A DNA stretch of 63,860 nucleotides, filler included, from Lama guanicoe (GCA_013239625.1; 193 parts of 193 records of this genome joined end to end with filler, not necessarily neighbours in it), one strand, 5' to 3'. Counted from the first letter of the whole stretch, positions 37,583 through 51,348 are shown. Notes: generated by a model from the letters alone, not told the origin. Numbers and translations: made by a program.

Positions 37583-40500
37583 CTAAAAGCACAAACCCAA
37601 GCATTACTGGTGAAATTCAAGAAACGCTTTCAAATAGANNNNNNNNNNNNNNNNNNNNNNNNNNNNNNNNNNNNNNNNNNNNTTAATTAATTAANNNNNN
37701 NNNNNNNNNNNNNNNNNNNNNNNNNNNNNNNNNNNNNNGTTTTGACATCTTAAGAACTTTTCTGGTTGGGGAGAGACTGTCCCTCCCAGGACCAGTGATG
37801 GAGGTATGACCTGGGCTCTCCCCTTGCTCCTGTGCCTTCTGCCTCCTGACTGACAGTGGTTTTCCCCATGTGGCTTTACCGGCATGCTATGTCCCCTGTT
37901 TCTAGGACTTGTGACTATAGCAAACTTTGTTTTCTGGGTATCTCTTGTGTTTTCTTATGATCACACCTGANNNNNNNNNNNNNNNNNNNNNNNNNNNNNN
38001 NNNNNNNNNNNNNNTTAATTAATTAANNNNNNNNNNNNNNNNNNNNNNNNNNNNNNNNNNNNNNNNNNNNGTTCCTGCTTTTCCTTCTCTGCCCAGGGGT
38101 CCCTGCTGTTTTCATGATGGAGGGTTTCCTGCATTTGGCCCCGTGTCCCTCCTTTTTGCCCAGTTCCTGCCATTGGGCCCATGTCTCCCTTTGCTCATCT
38201 CTAGCTGTCTGCCTGCTGTAAGACACTCTCAGCTCACTCTCTCCCACCTAACACTCATTTTGGGTATACTGAGTTCTCCGCCAACCACAGCTGAACATTA
38301 CANNNNNNNNNNNNNNNNNNNNNNNNNNNNNNNNNNNNNNNNNNNNTTAATTAATTAANNNNNNNNNNNNNNNNNNNNNNNNNNNNNNNNNNNNNNNNNN
38401 NNTATGCACACACACATTATAAAAGCCATCACTCTCCAGGATATTTTCTCAGGATAGTAAACTTTCTTTTCTATTTATTTTTATTCCATATTATTGCAAA
38501 AGATATCTCCATTATGTTCGACTGACCATTCAGGATGGTAAAGGACCTAAGTCAAAAAGTTCAGATTCTTTCCCAATGGTTTCGTATCAAGAGACACAAA
38601 CAGCAGCCCAAAGTGACTAAGCTTACACATGCTCNNNNNNNNNNNNNNNNNNNNNNNNNNNNNNNNNNNNNNNNNNNNTTAATTAATTAANNNNNNNNNN
38701 NNNNNNNNNNNNNNNNNNNNNNNNNNNNNNNNNNCTCTAATACTTTAAAAAAATAAATCTGCTGGTTGTCAGAGTGTCATAGAGCCTGTTGATTATACTC
38801 TGGAGCTAATAGTACTAGTCTGAACAACAGTGGCAAAGACAAACTTGACTTTTGAGTGCAAGAAAAGTGGGTAGGATGTCATGAAAATTTTTTTTTAATT
38901 TATTATTGTATTATTTAATTATTTAATTTTTAAGCAGGGGGAGAGGGAGGTAATTAGGTTTATTTANNNNNNNNNNNNNNNNNNNNNNNNNNNNNNNNNN
39001 NNNNNNNNNNTTAATTAATTAANNNNNNNNNNNNNNNNNNNNNNNNNNNNNNNNNNNNNNNNNNNNGCAGGTTCAGAAAATGCCTTATCTAAATACCATT
39101 CCTAAAGAAAAAAAATCATAGAAATATTTCATGCAAGCAAAAATGTTTCAGAATAAAAATAAATGTGTCAGCTCAGAGCATTATGTGTTTTGATAGTAGT
39201 ATAATTGTTATGTAGATTAATAAGCACAAACATCTTTATCCTAAGGAAATATTTAATAGTGAACACAAATGTTCAAGAAAGCAAAATTTAGTATATANNN
39301 NNNNNNNNNNNNNNNNNNNNNNNNNNNNNNNNNNNNNNNNNTTAATTAATTAANNNNNNNNNNNNNNNNNNNNNNNNNNNNNNNNNNNNNNNNNNNNAGT
39401 CTTTTTTGAAGCTAAGTAGGTAGTAAGGGTTCATGCCCACATAAAGCTTTTTCTTAGGATGCAAATATATTCCTCATGAACTGTAGGAAAAAAATAATTT
39501 GGTAGGTTGGACTTCACGTACTCTTGATCGAATAATGTTCTTCCCTCCCTGAAAAACTCACTCTGAATGAGCACATAGTTTGAAGCTCACACACTGAACA
39601 GTCAGGGAGGAAGGAGGGCCAGCTTGTCTNNNNNNNNNNNNNNNNNNNNNNNNNNNNNNNNNNNNNNNNNNNNTTAATTAATTAANNNNNNNNNNNNNNN
39701 NNNNNNNNNNNNNNNNNNNNNNNNNNNNNTTGGAACCCTGACTCTTCCCAGGTCAAGGCTGGTGGTCTTTCCGCTGTGTCCCTCACTTGTCAGACCACTT
39801 GTAAGGAACATGGTATTCACAGCTGGAAGGGACTGTACGCGTCATCTGGTTCGACCATTCCAACATGTCTTGGTGACAATAAACTCAGAAAACTATTCAA
39901 ACAATGCCTCAAATTCAGAGCTCTCCCCTTGTCACGATGAATAAGAATGACTTAGAGTCAANNNNNNNNNNNNNNNNNNNNNNNNNNNNNNNNNNNNNNN
40001 NNNNNTTAATTAATTAANNNNNNNNNNNNNNNNNNNNNNNNNNNNNNNNNNNNNNNNNNNNTTTTTTTTTTTTTACCACTCCCCAGATCTTCCCCATTTA
40101 TCTTAAGAGGCTTGTAGGAGATAGTGATGTTGGTGGAAGCAGAGACTCCACCCATGGAATAGAATGGAGACCCAAACAGATGTGCCCAAAGCCCAGTTGA
40201 AATTTGGCAAATGTGCAAAAGCCTCTTCTTCCAGCAAGAGTAGGGCTGAGACAGGATGGAAGGGGGCAGGGCACAGCCACTCAAGGAATGACANNNNNNN
40301 NNNNNNNNNNNNNNNNNNNNNNNNNNNNNNNNNNNNNTTAATTAATTAANNNNNNNNNNNNNNNNNNNNNNNNNNNNNNNNNNNNNNNNNNNNGAAAGAA
40401 AGTACATTTTCTCCCCAGTCCTTCACGACATTTCCTTAAAGCCGTAATAGGGTCACAGTACTCTGCTGAGACGTTTTTCAAAGGGAAGCGGTTCCTGTCC

Positions 40501-41057
40501 GCTTCAGCCCTCCACACTGCGGGGACGGATACTCCTCAACTCCGCCCGGCGTCGCTCCCTCGGCAGGTGAGACGAAAATTTCCAGAAGCTGTGGCGGCGC
40601 GACTGCGCAGGCGCGATGGCAGGGGNNNNNNNNNNNNNNNNNNNNNNNNNNNNNNNNNNNNNNNNNNNNTTAATTAATTAANNNNNNNNNNNNNNNNNNN
40701 NNNNNNNNNNNNNNNNNNNNNNNNNAAAAACACAGTTTGTTCCCTAAGAATAATTCTGGCACTCGCCAACGTGATTATTTTTATTTCCCCTTGTTGCCCT
40801 GGCATTCAGAAATCAGAGAAAGCTGAGAGCCAGTTTTAAGTAAATGTCCTCTAAAGGGCTAAGAAGCTGGAATTACATTAACAACAGTCTCTAACACGCA
40901 CCTGGCTTCACCGAATGCAATGTGAAAAGGACTGTTGTTCATGGGTTTTTTTTTTTTNNNNNNNNNNNNNNNNNNNNNNNNNNNNNNNNNNNNNNNNNNN
41001 NTTAATTAATTAANNNNNNNNNNNNNNNNNNNNNNNNNNNNNNNNNNNNNNNNNNNN

Positions 41058-41289
41058 GGCGGCCCGGCCGCGCCGGCGCGTCTCTCCTCAGCCGCCTTCC
41101 TGTCAGGGGGGCGAGGCCTGAGGCGGCGGCGGCGGCGCGGCCGGGCGCGCCCACACAGCTGGCGGGGCGTGTTCGGCTTCGGGGGCCCCGGAGCCCGCGC
41201 GCTCATTTCCAGGGGTGCCTCGCCCCCGGGGCGGGAGCCGGTGGGAAGGCGCGCGTGCGGCCGCCTGTCGGGGGCGGCGGGACCGAGCG
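41058..41289. promoter_or_regulatory. CpG-island fragment
   Basis: Very GC- and CpG-rich, with a (GGC)n tract and GC boxes. Confidence 0.65.
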
Positions 41290-41787
41290 NNNNNNNNNNN
41301 NNNNNNNNNNNNNNNNNNNNNNNNNNNNNNNNNTTAATTAATTAANNNNNNNNNNNNNNNNNNNNNNNNNNNNNNNNNNNNNNNNNNNNACTCAGTTATG
41401 TGCCCTCAGCTACTATCAAGCAGCTCTGTACGTTCAAGCAAAGTTGAAGTAACTTAGCTAAAACCCAGAGTGAACCATATTCCAGGATGGGAATGAGCAC
41501 GGCAGAGGCTGCTGCCTCTCCCAGGTGACCCACATCTGCCCCCCGAGGACCAGTCAGCCTCCCCGGATGGATGGGACCTGATTACTCTCTAAATGGACTA
41601 GGATAACACATTCCACGTCACNNNNNNNNNNNNNNNNNNNNNNNNNNNNNNNNNNNNNNNNNNNNTTAATTAATTAANNNNNNNNNNNNNNNNNNNNNNN
41701 NNNNNNNNNNNNNNNNNNNNNCTGCTGAGGTAAAGGAAGCTGTGGGGTAGTTATGGAGGCAAGTGGGTATCAAGATGGAAAAGCAGA

Positions 41788-41910
41788 GGGGGAGGGTATA
41801 GCTCACTGGTAGAGGGCATGTTGAGCATGTACAAAGTCCTGGGTTCAATCCCTAGCACCTCCACTAAATAAAAATAAATTTTAAAAAAAACCTAATTACC
41901 CCCTCGAAAA
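41788..41910 (+). mobile_element. Vic-1-type tRNA-derived camelid SINE, near full length
   Basis: A box tagctcactggtaga, B box ggttcaatcc, and tail aaataaa...aacctaattaccccc. Confidence 0.88.
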
Positions 41911-43197
41911 ACAGGTGGACATGCAGAGGCCCTCCCTAGGGCTGCCTTGGGAGNNNNNNNNNNNNNNNNNNNNNNNNNNNNNNNNNNNNNNNNNNNNTTA
42001 ATTAATTAANNNNNNNNNNNNNNNNNNNNNNNNNNNNNNNNNNNNNNNNNNNNTAGCAGTAAGTTCCACTTTCCTAGAAGTAAACCGTTTCAGAGGCAAA
42101 AGATGAGATAATGCTGCCGGGCCAGGGAAACAGATCGTGCTGGCACAAGACTAATGGCCCTGCCTGGGGGTCCTGCACGTCTTTTTCATGGGGCTTCCCA
42201 CCTCAGCAAGTGTCTGGGTGAGATGTGAAGGTAACCTGAGGGAGGCTGTGTGCTCTCTGGCTGTCTCTCTCTGCCCCTCTGTTCANNNNNNNNNNNNNNN
42301 NNNNNNNNNNNNNNNNNNNNNNNNNNNNNTTAATTAATTAANNNNNNNNNNNNNNNNNNNNNNNNNNNNNNNNNNNNNNNNNNNNTGCTTACCCTTCCCA
42401 ACTTTTGCTTCGTTGGTTATAAGAATCACCTTATCCTGTGGTTATGGAGAGTAAGATTCTGGAAGCTTCTGAGGGTCAGCAGAGGTGCCAAGAGGCTGAC
42501 ATCTAGTGACTAAGCTGGAAGAGGTGCAGTGTTGGTAATGATGGTGACAATCAAGGGGGAGCAATGCTTGGCACCTGCTAGGCCTTCAGTAAATATTTGT
42601 TAACTACATAGGTGTTGNNNNNNNNNNNNNNNNNNNNNNNNNNNNNNNNNNNNNNNNNNNNTTAATTAATTAANNNNNNNNNNNNNNNNNNNNNNNNNNN
42701 NNNNNNNNNNNNNNNNNATTGAAAATTCTACACTGATATAGTAACTCATGGAAGTGGGTTTTTTAACTGTTTATTATCAGTAAAAGGAATCAATTCTATT
42801 AAAGAATATTAGAGGTTGGAAGATGGGCTGAGATGTTATGTCAGTTGGACCTGAGCTAAAGAGCATGATGGATCCTGACATTTCTAGTAGGTCTAAGCAG
42901 AGTTTGCACAATGTAGAATATTGGATAGAAATACTCCATCATAGCCTTGNNNNNNNNNNNNNNNNNNNNNNNNNNNNNNNNNNNNNNNNNNNNTTAATTA
43001 ATTAANNNNNNNNNNNNNNNNNNNNNNNNNNNNNNNNNNNNNNNNNNNNAGACAGTCACCAACTGCAGGGGAGAATTCTGGATACTTCTTCACCAGTCCG
43101 AAAAGAATTACATTGATTCAAAATCAAAACTTGTGAGTGTACACATTTGAATGTCTGGTTCTAGAACATGGGTTTGTTACAACCAACCTAACTATGA

Positions 43198-43281
43198 GGG
43201 GAGGGTATGGCTCAGTGGTAGAGTGCATGCTCAGCATGCACAAGGTCATGGGTTTGATCCCCAGTACCTCTGTTAAATAAA
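43198..43281 (+). mobile_element. Vic-1-type camelid SINE
   Basis: ggggagggtatggctcagtggtagagtgcatgctcagcatgcacaaggtcatgggtttgatccccagtacctc. Confidence 0.9.
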
Positions 43282-44045
43282 NNNNNNNNNNNNNNNNNNN
43301 NNNNNNNNNNNNNNNNNNNNNNNNNTTAATTAATTAANNNNNNNNNNNNNNNNNNNNNNNNNNNNNNNNNNNNNNNNNNNNCCCTGGGTGCCTGCTGAGC
43401 TGTCCTAGTTGCTGCCTGGTCCTGGGGAGCTGGCCTGTACACTGTTGCTGAGACCTGTCTCATCACATCCAGTGGCGTTATTCCTTCTCTTCCATTGTGA
43501 GACTGATGGGAACGGTTTTCCCTGATCTGTTCTGTGTTGAGGTGCAGGAAGTTCTGTGTGACTCTACCAGGCTCTGTCTTAGAGATGCGAGTTCGCTGTT
43601 CTGTGAGGGCTTCNNNNNNNNNNNNNNNNNNNNNNNNNNNNNNNNNNNNNNNNNNNNTTAATTAATTAANNNNNNNNNNNNNNNNNNNNNNNNNNNNNNN
43701 NNNNNNNNNNNNNAGTGGAGACGCTGCGGCCGGCTGGGCAGCCCGCCGGCAACCTCGCAAGGCGGGTCCGGTGGGCTTGCTCCCGGAGCAGAGGGCGGGC
43801 TCTGCGCTGGGCATCTAGGGTCAAGATTTCGCCTCTTCAGTCACGAGTATTACACAGTGCGGAGGAAAACCAGGGGCGCGGGCGGGCCTGCTGCCATCGG
43901 GTCCTCTTCTCCGGTTACCCTCAAGTGACCTCTCTGGTGCGTGGANNNNNNNNNNNNNNNNNNNNNNNNNNNNNNNNNNNNNNNNNNNNTTAATTAATTA
44001 ANNNNNNNNNNNNNNNNNNNNNNNNNNNNNNNNNNNNNNNNNNNN

Positions 44046-44277
44046 TCCGCGCAGGCGCGCTGCTCCTCCTCAAGCCGGCAGCCCGCACCCTCCGGCTGGG
44101 GCTCCTGCTGTGTAGGACCTGGCGAGTCAGGCCAAGCGGGGCCAGAAGGGGCGGGTCTCCACCCCCAATGCCCCCACTCCAGCACCGACCAGGTCCTGGA
44201 AGTCAGCCAAAACCACCACCCGCCCCGGGTCAGACTACACCACACAACCCCACTCCCCCTGCTCGCCTCCCCTCCCC
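44046..44277. promoter_or_regulatory. GC-rich promoter-like fragment
   Basis: NRF1-like gcgcaggcgcgc, GC boxes and CCAAT. Confidence 0.5.
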
Positions 44278-44853
44278 NNNNNNNNNNNNNNNNNNNNNNN
44301 NNNNNNNNNNNNNNNNNNNNNTTAATTAATTAANNNNNNNNNNNNNNNNNNNNNNNNNNNNNNNNNNNNNNNNNNNNTAGCTGTGACTCCCATCTTGTTC
44401 TGGGGGGAAATGACAAAAAAAAAAAAAAAGAAAGAAAAAGGAAAAAGAAAGGTGTTGGCTTTGCAAAGAGACGGGATCGGGACCTGGGGCGGGAGGGGCA
44501 GGCACACTCATGCACCAAGCCCCGAGCCCCCTCTCCAGGGAGCTCCCGGAGGGCTGCTCTAGCCCGCGTGCTAATCCCCAAATGGTCAGTGAAGAGGAAG
44601 TTACTCACCNNNNNNNNNNNNNNNNNNNNNNNNNNNNNNNNNNNNNNNNNNNNTTAATTAATTAANNNNNNNNNNNNNNNNNNNNNNNNNNNNNNNNNNN
44701 NNNNNNNNNTCTTATTGCCGTATCATGAGATTATTAAAGATCATATTGGAAAGAAGGGAAAAATGTCTGAACTGGGATATTCGAGGTCTGTAAAACAGAA
44801 ACAAAAATGATGATACTTGATTATGAGGGAAAATTTTTTTAAACAGCAATAAT

Positions 44854-44941
44854 GGAGGGAGGGTATAGCTTAGTGGTAGAGGGCGTGCTTAATATTCATG
44901 AGATCCTGAGTTCAGTCCCCAGTACCTCCATTAATAAATAA
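44854..44941 (+). mobile_element. Vic-1-type camelid SINE
   Basis: gggagggtatagcttagtggtagagggcgtgctt...gagttcagtccccagtacctccattaataaataa. Confidence 0.88.
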
Positions 44942-45041
44942 NNNNNNNNNNNNNNNNNNNNNNNNNNNNNNNNNNNNNNNNNNNNTTAATTAATTAANNN
45001 NNNNNNNNNNNNNNNNNNNNNNNNNNNNNNNNNNNNNNNNN

Positions 45042-45061
45042 AATATATATATATAAAATAT

Positions 45062-45092
<31 letters not shown>
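45042..45092 (+). repeat. Interrupted (TA)n microsatellite
   Basis: TA runs separated by aaa. Confidence 0.9.
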
Positions 45093-45093
<1 letters not shown>

Positions 45094-45705
45094 TTTCCAT
45101 GTACGGTAGGCTTTTCTCTTGCTTTGTCTGATTCCATGCGTCAAGCACTTAGTTCAGCTCCTGGCATATTGAAGGACAAATATTTGTGAAATAAATAAAT
45201 ATATTCCACCCTGATTTATTTTTGATGTTCAGTATATTAGTAATCTCATGTATAGTTATTTCACTAAAAGAGANNNNNNNNNNNNNNNNNNNNNNNNNNN
45301 NNNNNNNNNNNNNNNNNTTAATTAATTAANNNNNNNNNNNNNNNNNNNNNNNNNNNNNNNNNNNNNNNNNNNNATCTGCCCTGCACCCCTTGGCCTCGGA
45401 GCACCTGGGGACTGGCCTGCATCTGTGTTTATTCCTTCCCTTCTTGCTTTCTTTTTCCCTTTCTTCTTCAGACATTTCTAGTGAACATTGAAGAATACAT
45501 TTTAAAATTTTCGTTAGTAAGATGTATGTTCTTGAAGGTTCGCAATGTGTCTTATATATCTTTCAATTCACTGTTCCCCTGCCAAGCAGGCCCTGCAAAG
45601 AGATGNNNNNNNNNNNNNNNNNNNNNNNNNNNNNNNNNNNNNNNNNNNNTTAATTAATTAANNNNNNNNNNNNNNNNNNNNNNNNNNNNNNNNNNNNNNN
45701 NNNNN

Positions 45706-45900
45706 AAAAAAAACTAGGTTTAATTACATGCAAAAGGCATGAACAGACACTTCAACAGAAAACACATCTGGATGGTAAATAAGCAAAACGCTCAACTTCA
45801 TGAGTCATTAGGGAAATGCAAAGTAAAACCACAATGAGATATCACTACACGTCTGTAAGAATGGCTAAAACTAAAGACTGGCCATACAAAGTAGAGACAG
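45706..45900 (+). mobile_element. L1M ORF2 C-terminal fragment
   Basis: gtcattagggaaatgcaaagtaaaaccacaatgagatatcactacac...agaatggctaaaa. Confidence 0.88.
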
Positions 45901-48135
45901 AAATAGGGAGGAGCTTTAGAACAAGCCCTTTGCAAAANNNNNNNNNNNNNNNNNNNNNNNNNNNNNNNNNNNNNNNNNNNNTTAATTAATTAANNNNNNN
46001 NNNNNNNNNNNNNNNNNNNNNNNNNNNNNNNNNNNNNTAATACTTCTACTTTCTGATCCAGTCAAGACAAGTCTAGGTAAACATTGGTACATTTGTCAGC
46101 TTTGGAATAGCATTTTAGAAATGGCATGTGCATCATCCAAGGTGCTGACATATCCTTTCTTCAGACAAAATCCAGTGCAATTGATAGGGTATATGCTCCG
46201 ACCGAGTTACCAAGAATCAGTTCTTTTGTTGCTAAGTTGGTTTACTGTGATGTGCCAAATTAATGTGATNNNNNNNNNNNNNNNNNNNNNNNNNNNNNNN
46301 NNNNNNNNNNNNNTTAATTAATTAANNNNNNNNNNNNNNNNNNNNNNNNNNNNNNNNNNNNNNNNNNNNCCCAACAATTCCATGATGCTGGTAATATTTT
46401 TACTCTCATTTGTTGCAAACAACAGCTGAAGTGTCCAGAGGTTAAACTCCGGTTTCGGAGCTACGACTTACTTTAAGTGAATTAAGTGGAACTAGGCTAC
46501 ATCTCGTTTTGAAGATGGATATGCCTTTTGCTAATTTATTTCTTCCTTTCTATCTGGCTTTGGTCATATCACAGATGTGGTCAAGTGACATTAGTTTAGG
46601 TNNNNNNNNNNNNNNNNNNNNNNNNNNNNNNNNNNNNNNNNNNNNTTAATTAATTAANNNNNNNNNNNNNNNNNNNNNNNNNNNNNNNNNNNNNNNNNNN
46701 NGGCTGGAAAAGCCTAGACTCCACTCAGGAGGAGTGAGCAGGTGCTGGCCAGCCCCCAGGCGGGGTGGAAAGAGGTCTGCCCTAGCAGCTCCACCCTCTT
46801 GCCACACTCCCCAGCCCAAGGAAAGAGATCGCCCCACCCCTACTCATTCCACATCAGTGTGGCACTGAATCTAGGGAAGCCAGAACCTGGGAAAAGACTT
46901 GACCTCAGGACACATAGGTGACCTAGGGGGGTGNNNNNNNNNNNNNNNNNNNNNNNNNNNNNNNNNNNNNNNNNNNNTTAATTAATTAANNNNNNNNNNN
47001 NNNNNNNNNNNNNNNNNNNNNNNNNNNNNNNNNGTCCCTGCCACCTCCACCTGCAGGGCATCAGGACCTAATCCTGCCCTGATCCCAGCACTCCCCCAGG
47101 CCTGGGTCTGGGACCCCAAATCTCAGCAGTGGTGGACTGGATTCCTGCTGCCTGAGACTCTGCCTGGGCAGCCTCCTTGCCGCTCGCAGGAATTCTGCTA
47201 TGCCCACATGACACCCACCAGAGTGCCTTTTGTCCTGTTGATGGAAGCACCAGGCCAGCCTCTGTNNNNNNNNNNNNNNNNNNNNNNNNNNNNNNNNNNN
47301 NNNNNNNNNTTAATTAATTAANNNNNNNNNNNNNNNNNNNNNNNNNNNNNNNNNNNNNNNNNNNNAGGCTAATGTAGTTCCATCAGCAACTTTCATCCCA
47401 AACCATATATTAAGCTGCAGTGGGGTTTTTTTCCCCCCGTCATAACGTGGTGGAGTATAAATATAGCTTTTATAAGTGAAAATGGCTGACAGTTTTTCAG
47501 GTGAAGGCTGCACAGCAGTTGTGGATGGCTGGGGTTGTATGCAGCTCGGTACCTGCTGCCGGGTAGCTGGCCGTAGAAGGTGGATTTGGCATTCTAGNNN
47601 NNNNNNNNNNNNNNNNNNNNNNNNNNNNNNNNNNNNNNNNNTTAATTAATTAANNNNNNNNNNNNNNNNNNNNNNNNNNNNNNNNNNNNNNNNNNNNTTT
47701 AAAATGGTAAATACACTGGAGTTCAGGTCTTATTTACATTCTCTCATGGGAGCCTGGCATTTCAGTCACTGGTGATATCCAAGGGGAATCTACTTTATAC
47801 CAAGTTCTTTCTAATAGAGTTAAAGTGAGGCTAGAGTGAGCTTCAACAGAACTTGACACTGAGGAAAATTTTGTAACTGTTTTCATTTTCTATGTGCAAG
47901 GTCCTAGTGTGGGAAACTGGAAATCTGTGNNNNNNNNNNNNNNNNNNNNNNNNNNNNNNNNNNNNNNNNNNNNTTAATTAATTAANNNNNNNNNNNNNNN
48001 NNNNNNNNNNNNNNNNNNNNNNNNNNNNNGTACAGTTAAGATTCAAGTCACATAGGAATGAGTGTAATGACCTCAAACCTTTACAGGTAAGAATAGGGGC
48101 TTAATGTGGGGCGACACTAAGGAAGTGAGACTGTA

Positions 48136-48258
48136 CAGGAGTGCCTGTCAAACCTTAACAGGCATGCAAATCACCAAGGATCTTGTCAAAATGCAAATTC
48201 TAATGCAGCAGATCTGGAGCAGAACCTCAGAGCCTGCATTTCTATCAAGCTCCCAGGG
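48136..48258. mobile_element. MER5A (hAT-Charlie MITE) fragment
   Basis: aatcaccaaggatcttgtcaaaatgcaaattctaatgcagcagatctgg...gcctgcatttctatcaagctcccagg. Confidence 0.8.
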
Positions 48259-49689
48259 CTTNNNNNNNNNNNNNNNNNNNNNNNNNNNNNNNNNNNNNNN
48301 NNNNNTTAATTAATTAANNNNNNNNNNNNNNNNNNNNNNNNNNNNNNNNNNNNNNNNNNNNTGGGCATTCAGTAAGTAATGCCCTTTGGGTGCTGTCTCT
48401 CTGTCTGCTGCCTCCATGCCACCCAACCCCAGGGACACATGACTCATTAAAGTAACTGTGAGTCTCACTGCTCAAACATGATTTCTGAAGTCTAATCTTG
48501 TGACTTGACAGAAGTATAGTTTTTGAAAGTGATTGGTGATGCTCTGATGATATACTTTCCTCTTGTACTGTTTGTTAAGTGGGTGGATTAATCNNNNNNN
48601 NNNNNNNNNNNNNNNNNNNNNNNNNNNNNNNNNNNNNTTAATTAATTAANNNNNNNNNNNNNNNNNNNNNNNNNNNNNNNNNNNNNNNNNNNNAAGAGTA
48701 GCAGAGAAATGGCAGCGTGCGCCACGGGACCGGACGGGGCCACGCGGACTGGGGTGCAGGCTGTCTCAGCGGTAACACACGATCAGCAACGAGGGAACAG
48801 ACAGCACCCAGACTCAGCATCGTGGGGCAGCAGATCTAGCACCAGGTGCTCCCCGCTGCGCTCACAGCAGCGATCGGGGGGGTGGCGGAGGAGAGGGAGA
48901 GCCCCACATCACCTGAGTAAAGCTTNNNNNNNNNNNNNNNNNNNNNNNNNNNNNNNNNNNNNNNNNNNNTTAATTAATTAANNNNNNNNNNNNNNNNNNN
49001 NNNNNNNNNNNNNNNNNNNNNNNNNGCAGAGTTTCTTCAACTATTACAACTGCAAGAAACATTTCAGTGGCATTAGATGTTTAAGTTCTGCGGTAAACCA
49101 TGGACTATTATGAGGCCTTCCCTACCCTAGTTGTATCCTACTTCCTAGATTGGGCTAGTAGCCAAGATTAAAGTTTAAATGGTTCACGGCAGAAACTCTG
49201 ACATTTGCATTCACTTGCATTTTATGATGAAAATCTCCATTTGTCTGCACAGCTTAGNNNNNNNNNNNNNNNNNNNNNNNNNNNNNNNNNNNNNNNNNNN
49301 NTTAATTAATTAANNNNNNNNNNNNNNNNNNNNNNNNNNNNNNNNNNNNNNNNNNNNCAGTGAAGGATGAAGTGTCCACATTTGGACCAGAGCATGAAAG
49401 GAAAAACAAGGTCTCATGACCAGCATGAAGTTGGTGGCCAAACCCTTCCCCTAGGTGAGATGAACTAGCTTGGGGGTGAAAATGCAAGGTCCTAGGTCGG
49501 TCAAAGCATCTACCTTCACGGCTGACATGGGTGTTGGAGTCTCACTACCGCAAACTAACGACACGGCCATCAGTGGTGGACGTCAGCTGNNNNNNNNNNN
49601 NNNNNNNNNNNNNNNNNNNNNNNNNNNNNNNNNTTAATTAATTAANNNNNNNNNNNNNNNNNNNNNNNNNNNNNNNNNNNNNNNNNNNN

Positions 49690-49921
49690 CAGGCTCCTTC
49701 AGAGGGCGGCCTGGGGGCACCACGGGACTGGACGATCCGGCCCTGACCGGGGTGGACGGAGGCGCTAGGGGCCGGGCGCGGAGACGGGCGGCAGGCGGCA
49801 CAGAGCTCGCTGCGCAGCCGCGACCGAAGTTCTCTCCGTCCCAGGTGGAGATGGGCTTGGAACCCAAGCAATGGTGGTTTCTAGGAAGACGATGGTGCTT
49901 CTCGGGCCCTGAGCTGTGGGC
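49690..49921. promoter_or_regulatory. CpG-island fragment
   Basis: CpG-rich over the first ~150 bp. Confidence 0.5.
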
Positions 49922-50685
49922 NNNNNNNNNNNNNNNNNNNNNNNNNNNNNNNNNNNNNNNNNNNNTTAATTAATTAANNNNNNNNNNNNNNNNNNNNNNN
50001 NNNNNNNNNNNNNNNNNNNNNTCACTGGGTTGTTCTGAGTATGAACTTTCAAAAGCCAGGTGGGAAAGCACTTTGTACACTCGCCAGTTTGGTTTCTGTG
50101 TCTCATCTCCTCCTATGTAAGTACCTGCCCCTTCAATTACTTCCTCACATTCCCACGACCTCCTTCCTCCCTAACCTATAAACATGCACAACTTTCCAGT
50201 TGCATGGGGAAAATAACACACTCACTTAAAACGTGCAGCGCATGGGTACAGCCNNNNNNNNNNNNNNNNNNNNNNNNNNNNNNNNNNNNNNNNNNNNTTA
50301 ATTAATTAANNNNNNNNNNNNNNNNNNNNNNNNNNNNNNNNNNNNNNNNNNNNTGGGCATCTCTGGAGCACAGGAGCATTATTCTACCTAGCACACTTCC
50401 TGCCTTCTCTTCCAAAGTAAGCTTGACAGTAAAAGGGGAATGGAAGTTGTGGAATGTGGCTCACACAAGGCCCTGTCTAACCTCCAACTTCCTATATATT
50501 TCTTTCTGTATTGTTGAAGCTGGACAGCTAGAACTGTGTATCCCAAGTTCCTCTGCAGTTAGTTTTCCAGCTGTGATTTAGGTCTNNNNNNNNNNNNNNN
50601 NNNNNNNNNNNNNNNNNNNNNNNNNNNNNTTAATTAATTAANNNNNNNNNNNNNNNNNNNNNNNNNNNNNNNNNNNNNNNNNNNN

Positions 50686-50916
50686 AAATGGGATCCCATT
50701 AAACTCACAAGCTTTTGCACAACTAAGGATACCATCAACATAATGAAAAGACAACCTACACAATGGGAGAAAAATCTTTGCAAATGATGTGACTGACAGG
50801 AGACTAATTTCCAAAGCATACAACCAGCACATATGCCTTAATACCAAGGAAACAAGCATCCCCATCCAAAACTGGGCACAAGACCTAAACAAGCAATTCT
50901 CCAAGGAAGACACACA
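50686..50916 (+). mobile_element. L1 ORF2 fragment, frameshifted
   Basis: [29 protein letters not shown] / [16 protein letters not shown]...PIQNWAQDLNKQFSKEDT. Confidence 0.95.
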
Positions 50917-51348
50917 NNNNNNNNNNNNNNNNNNNNNNNNNNNNNNNNNNNNNNNNNNNNTTAATTAATTAANNNNNNNNNNNNNNNNNNNNNNNNNNNN
51001 NNNNNNNNNNNNNNNNATCTGGAGATACAGCACGGCGCATAGGGTCATGGTGGCCCTGTGCGTGAAGAGGCTTCTGTAGAGATGCCGGGCGGAGGGGGCA
51101 CAGGACTTGGGCTCGAAGAGTTGGGAGAGGTTCTGTGGAAGAAGCATCCTGATGGACACGTAAGGGTCGGGGGTGACCCTGGCGGGTAGGAGAGGAAAGC
51201 CAGTCCCTGAGAGAGTGGGAGACAGGAGGCCCATTTGCTCTTCGGCTGNNNNNNNNNNNNNNNNNNNNNNNNNNNNNNNNNNNNNNNNNNNNTTAATTAA
51301 TTAANNNNNNNNNNNNNNNNNNNNNNNNNNNNNNNNNNNNNNNNNNNN

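Noticed and set aside
41788..44941. tRNA-Ala genes at 41788, 43198 and 44854
   Set aside because: A and B boxes are present, but the stems are degenerate and followed by a shared A-rich SINE tail. These are tRNA-derived SINEs.
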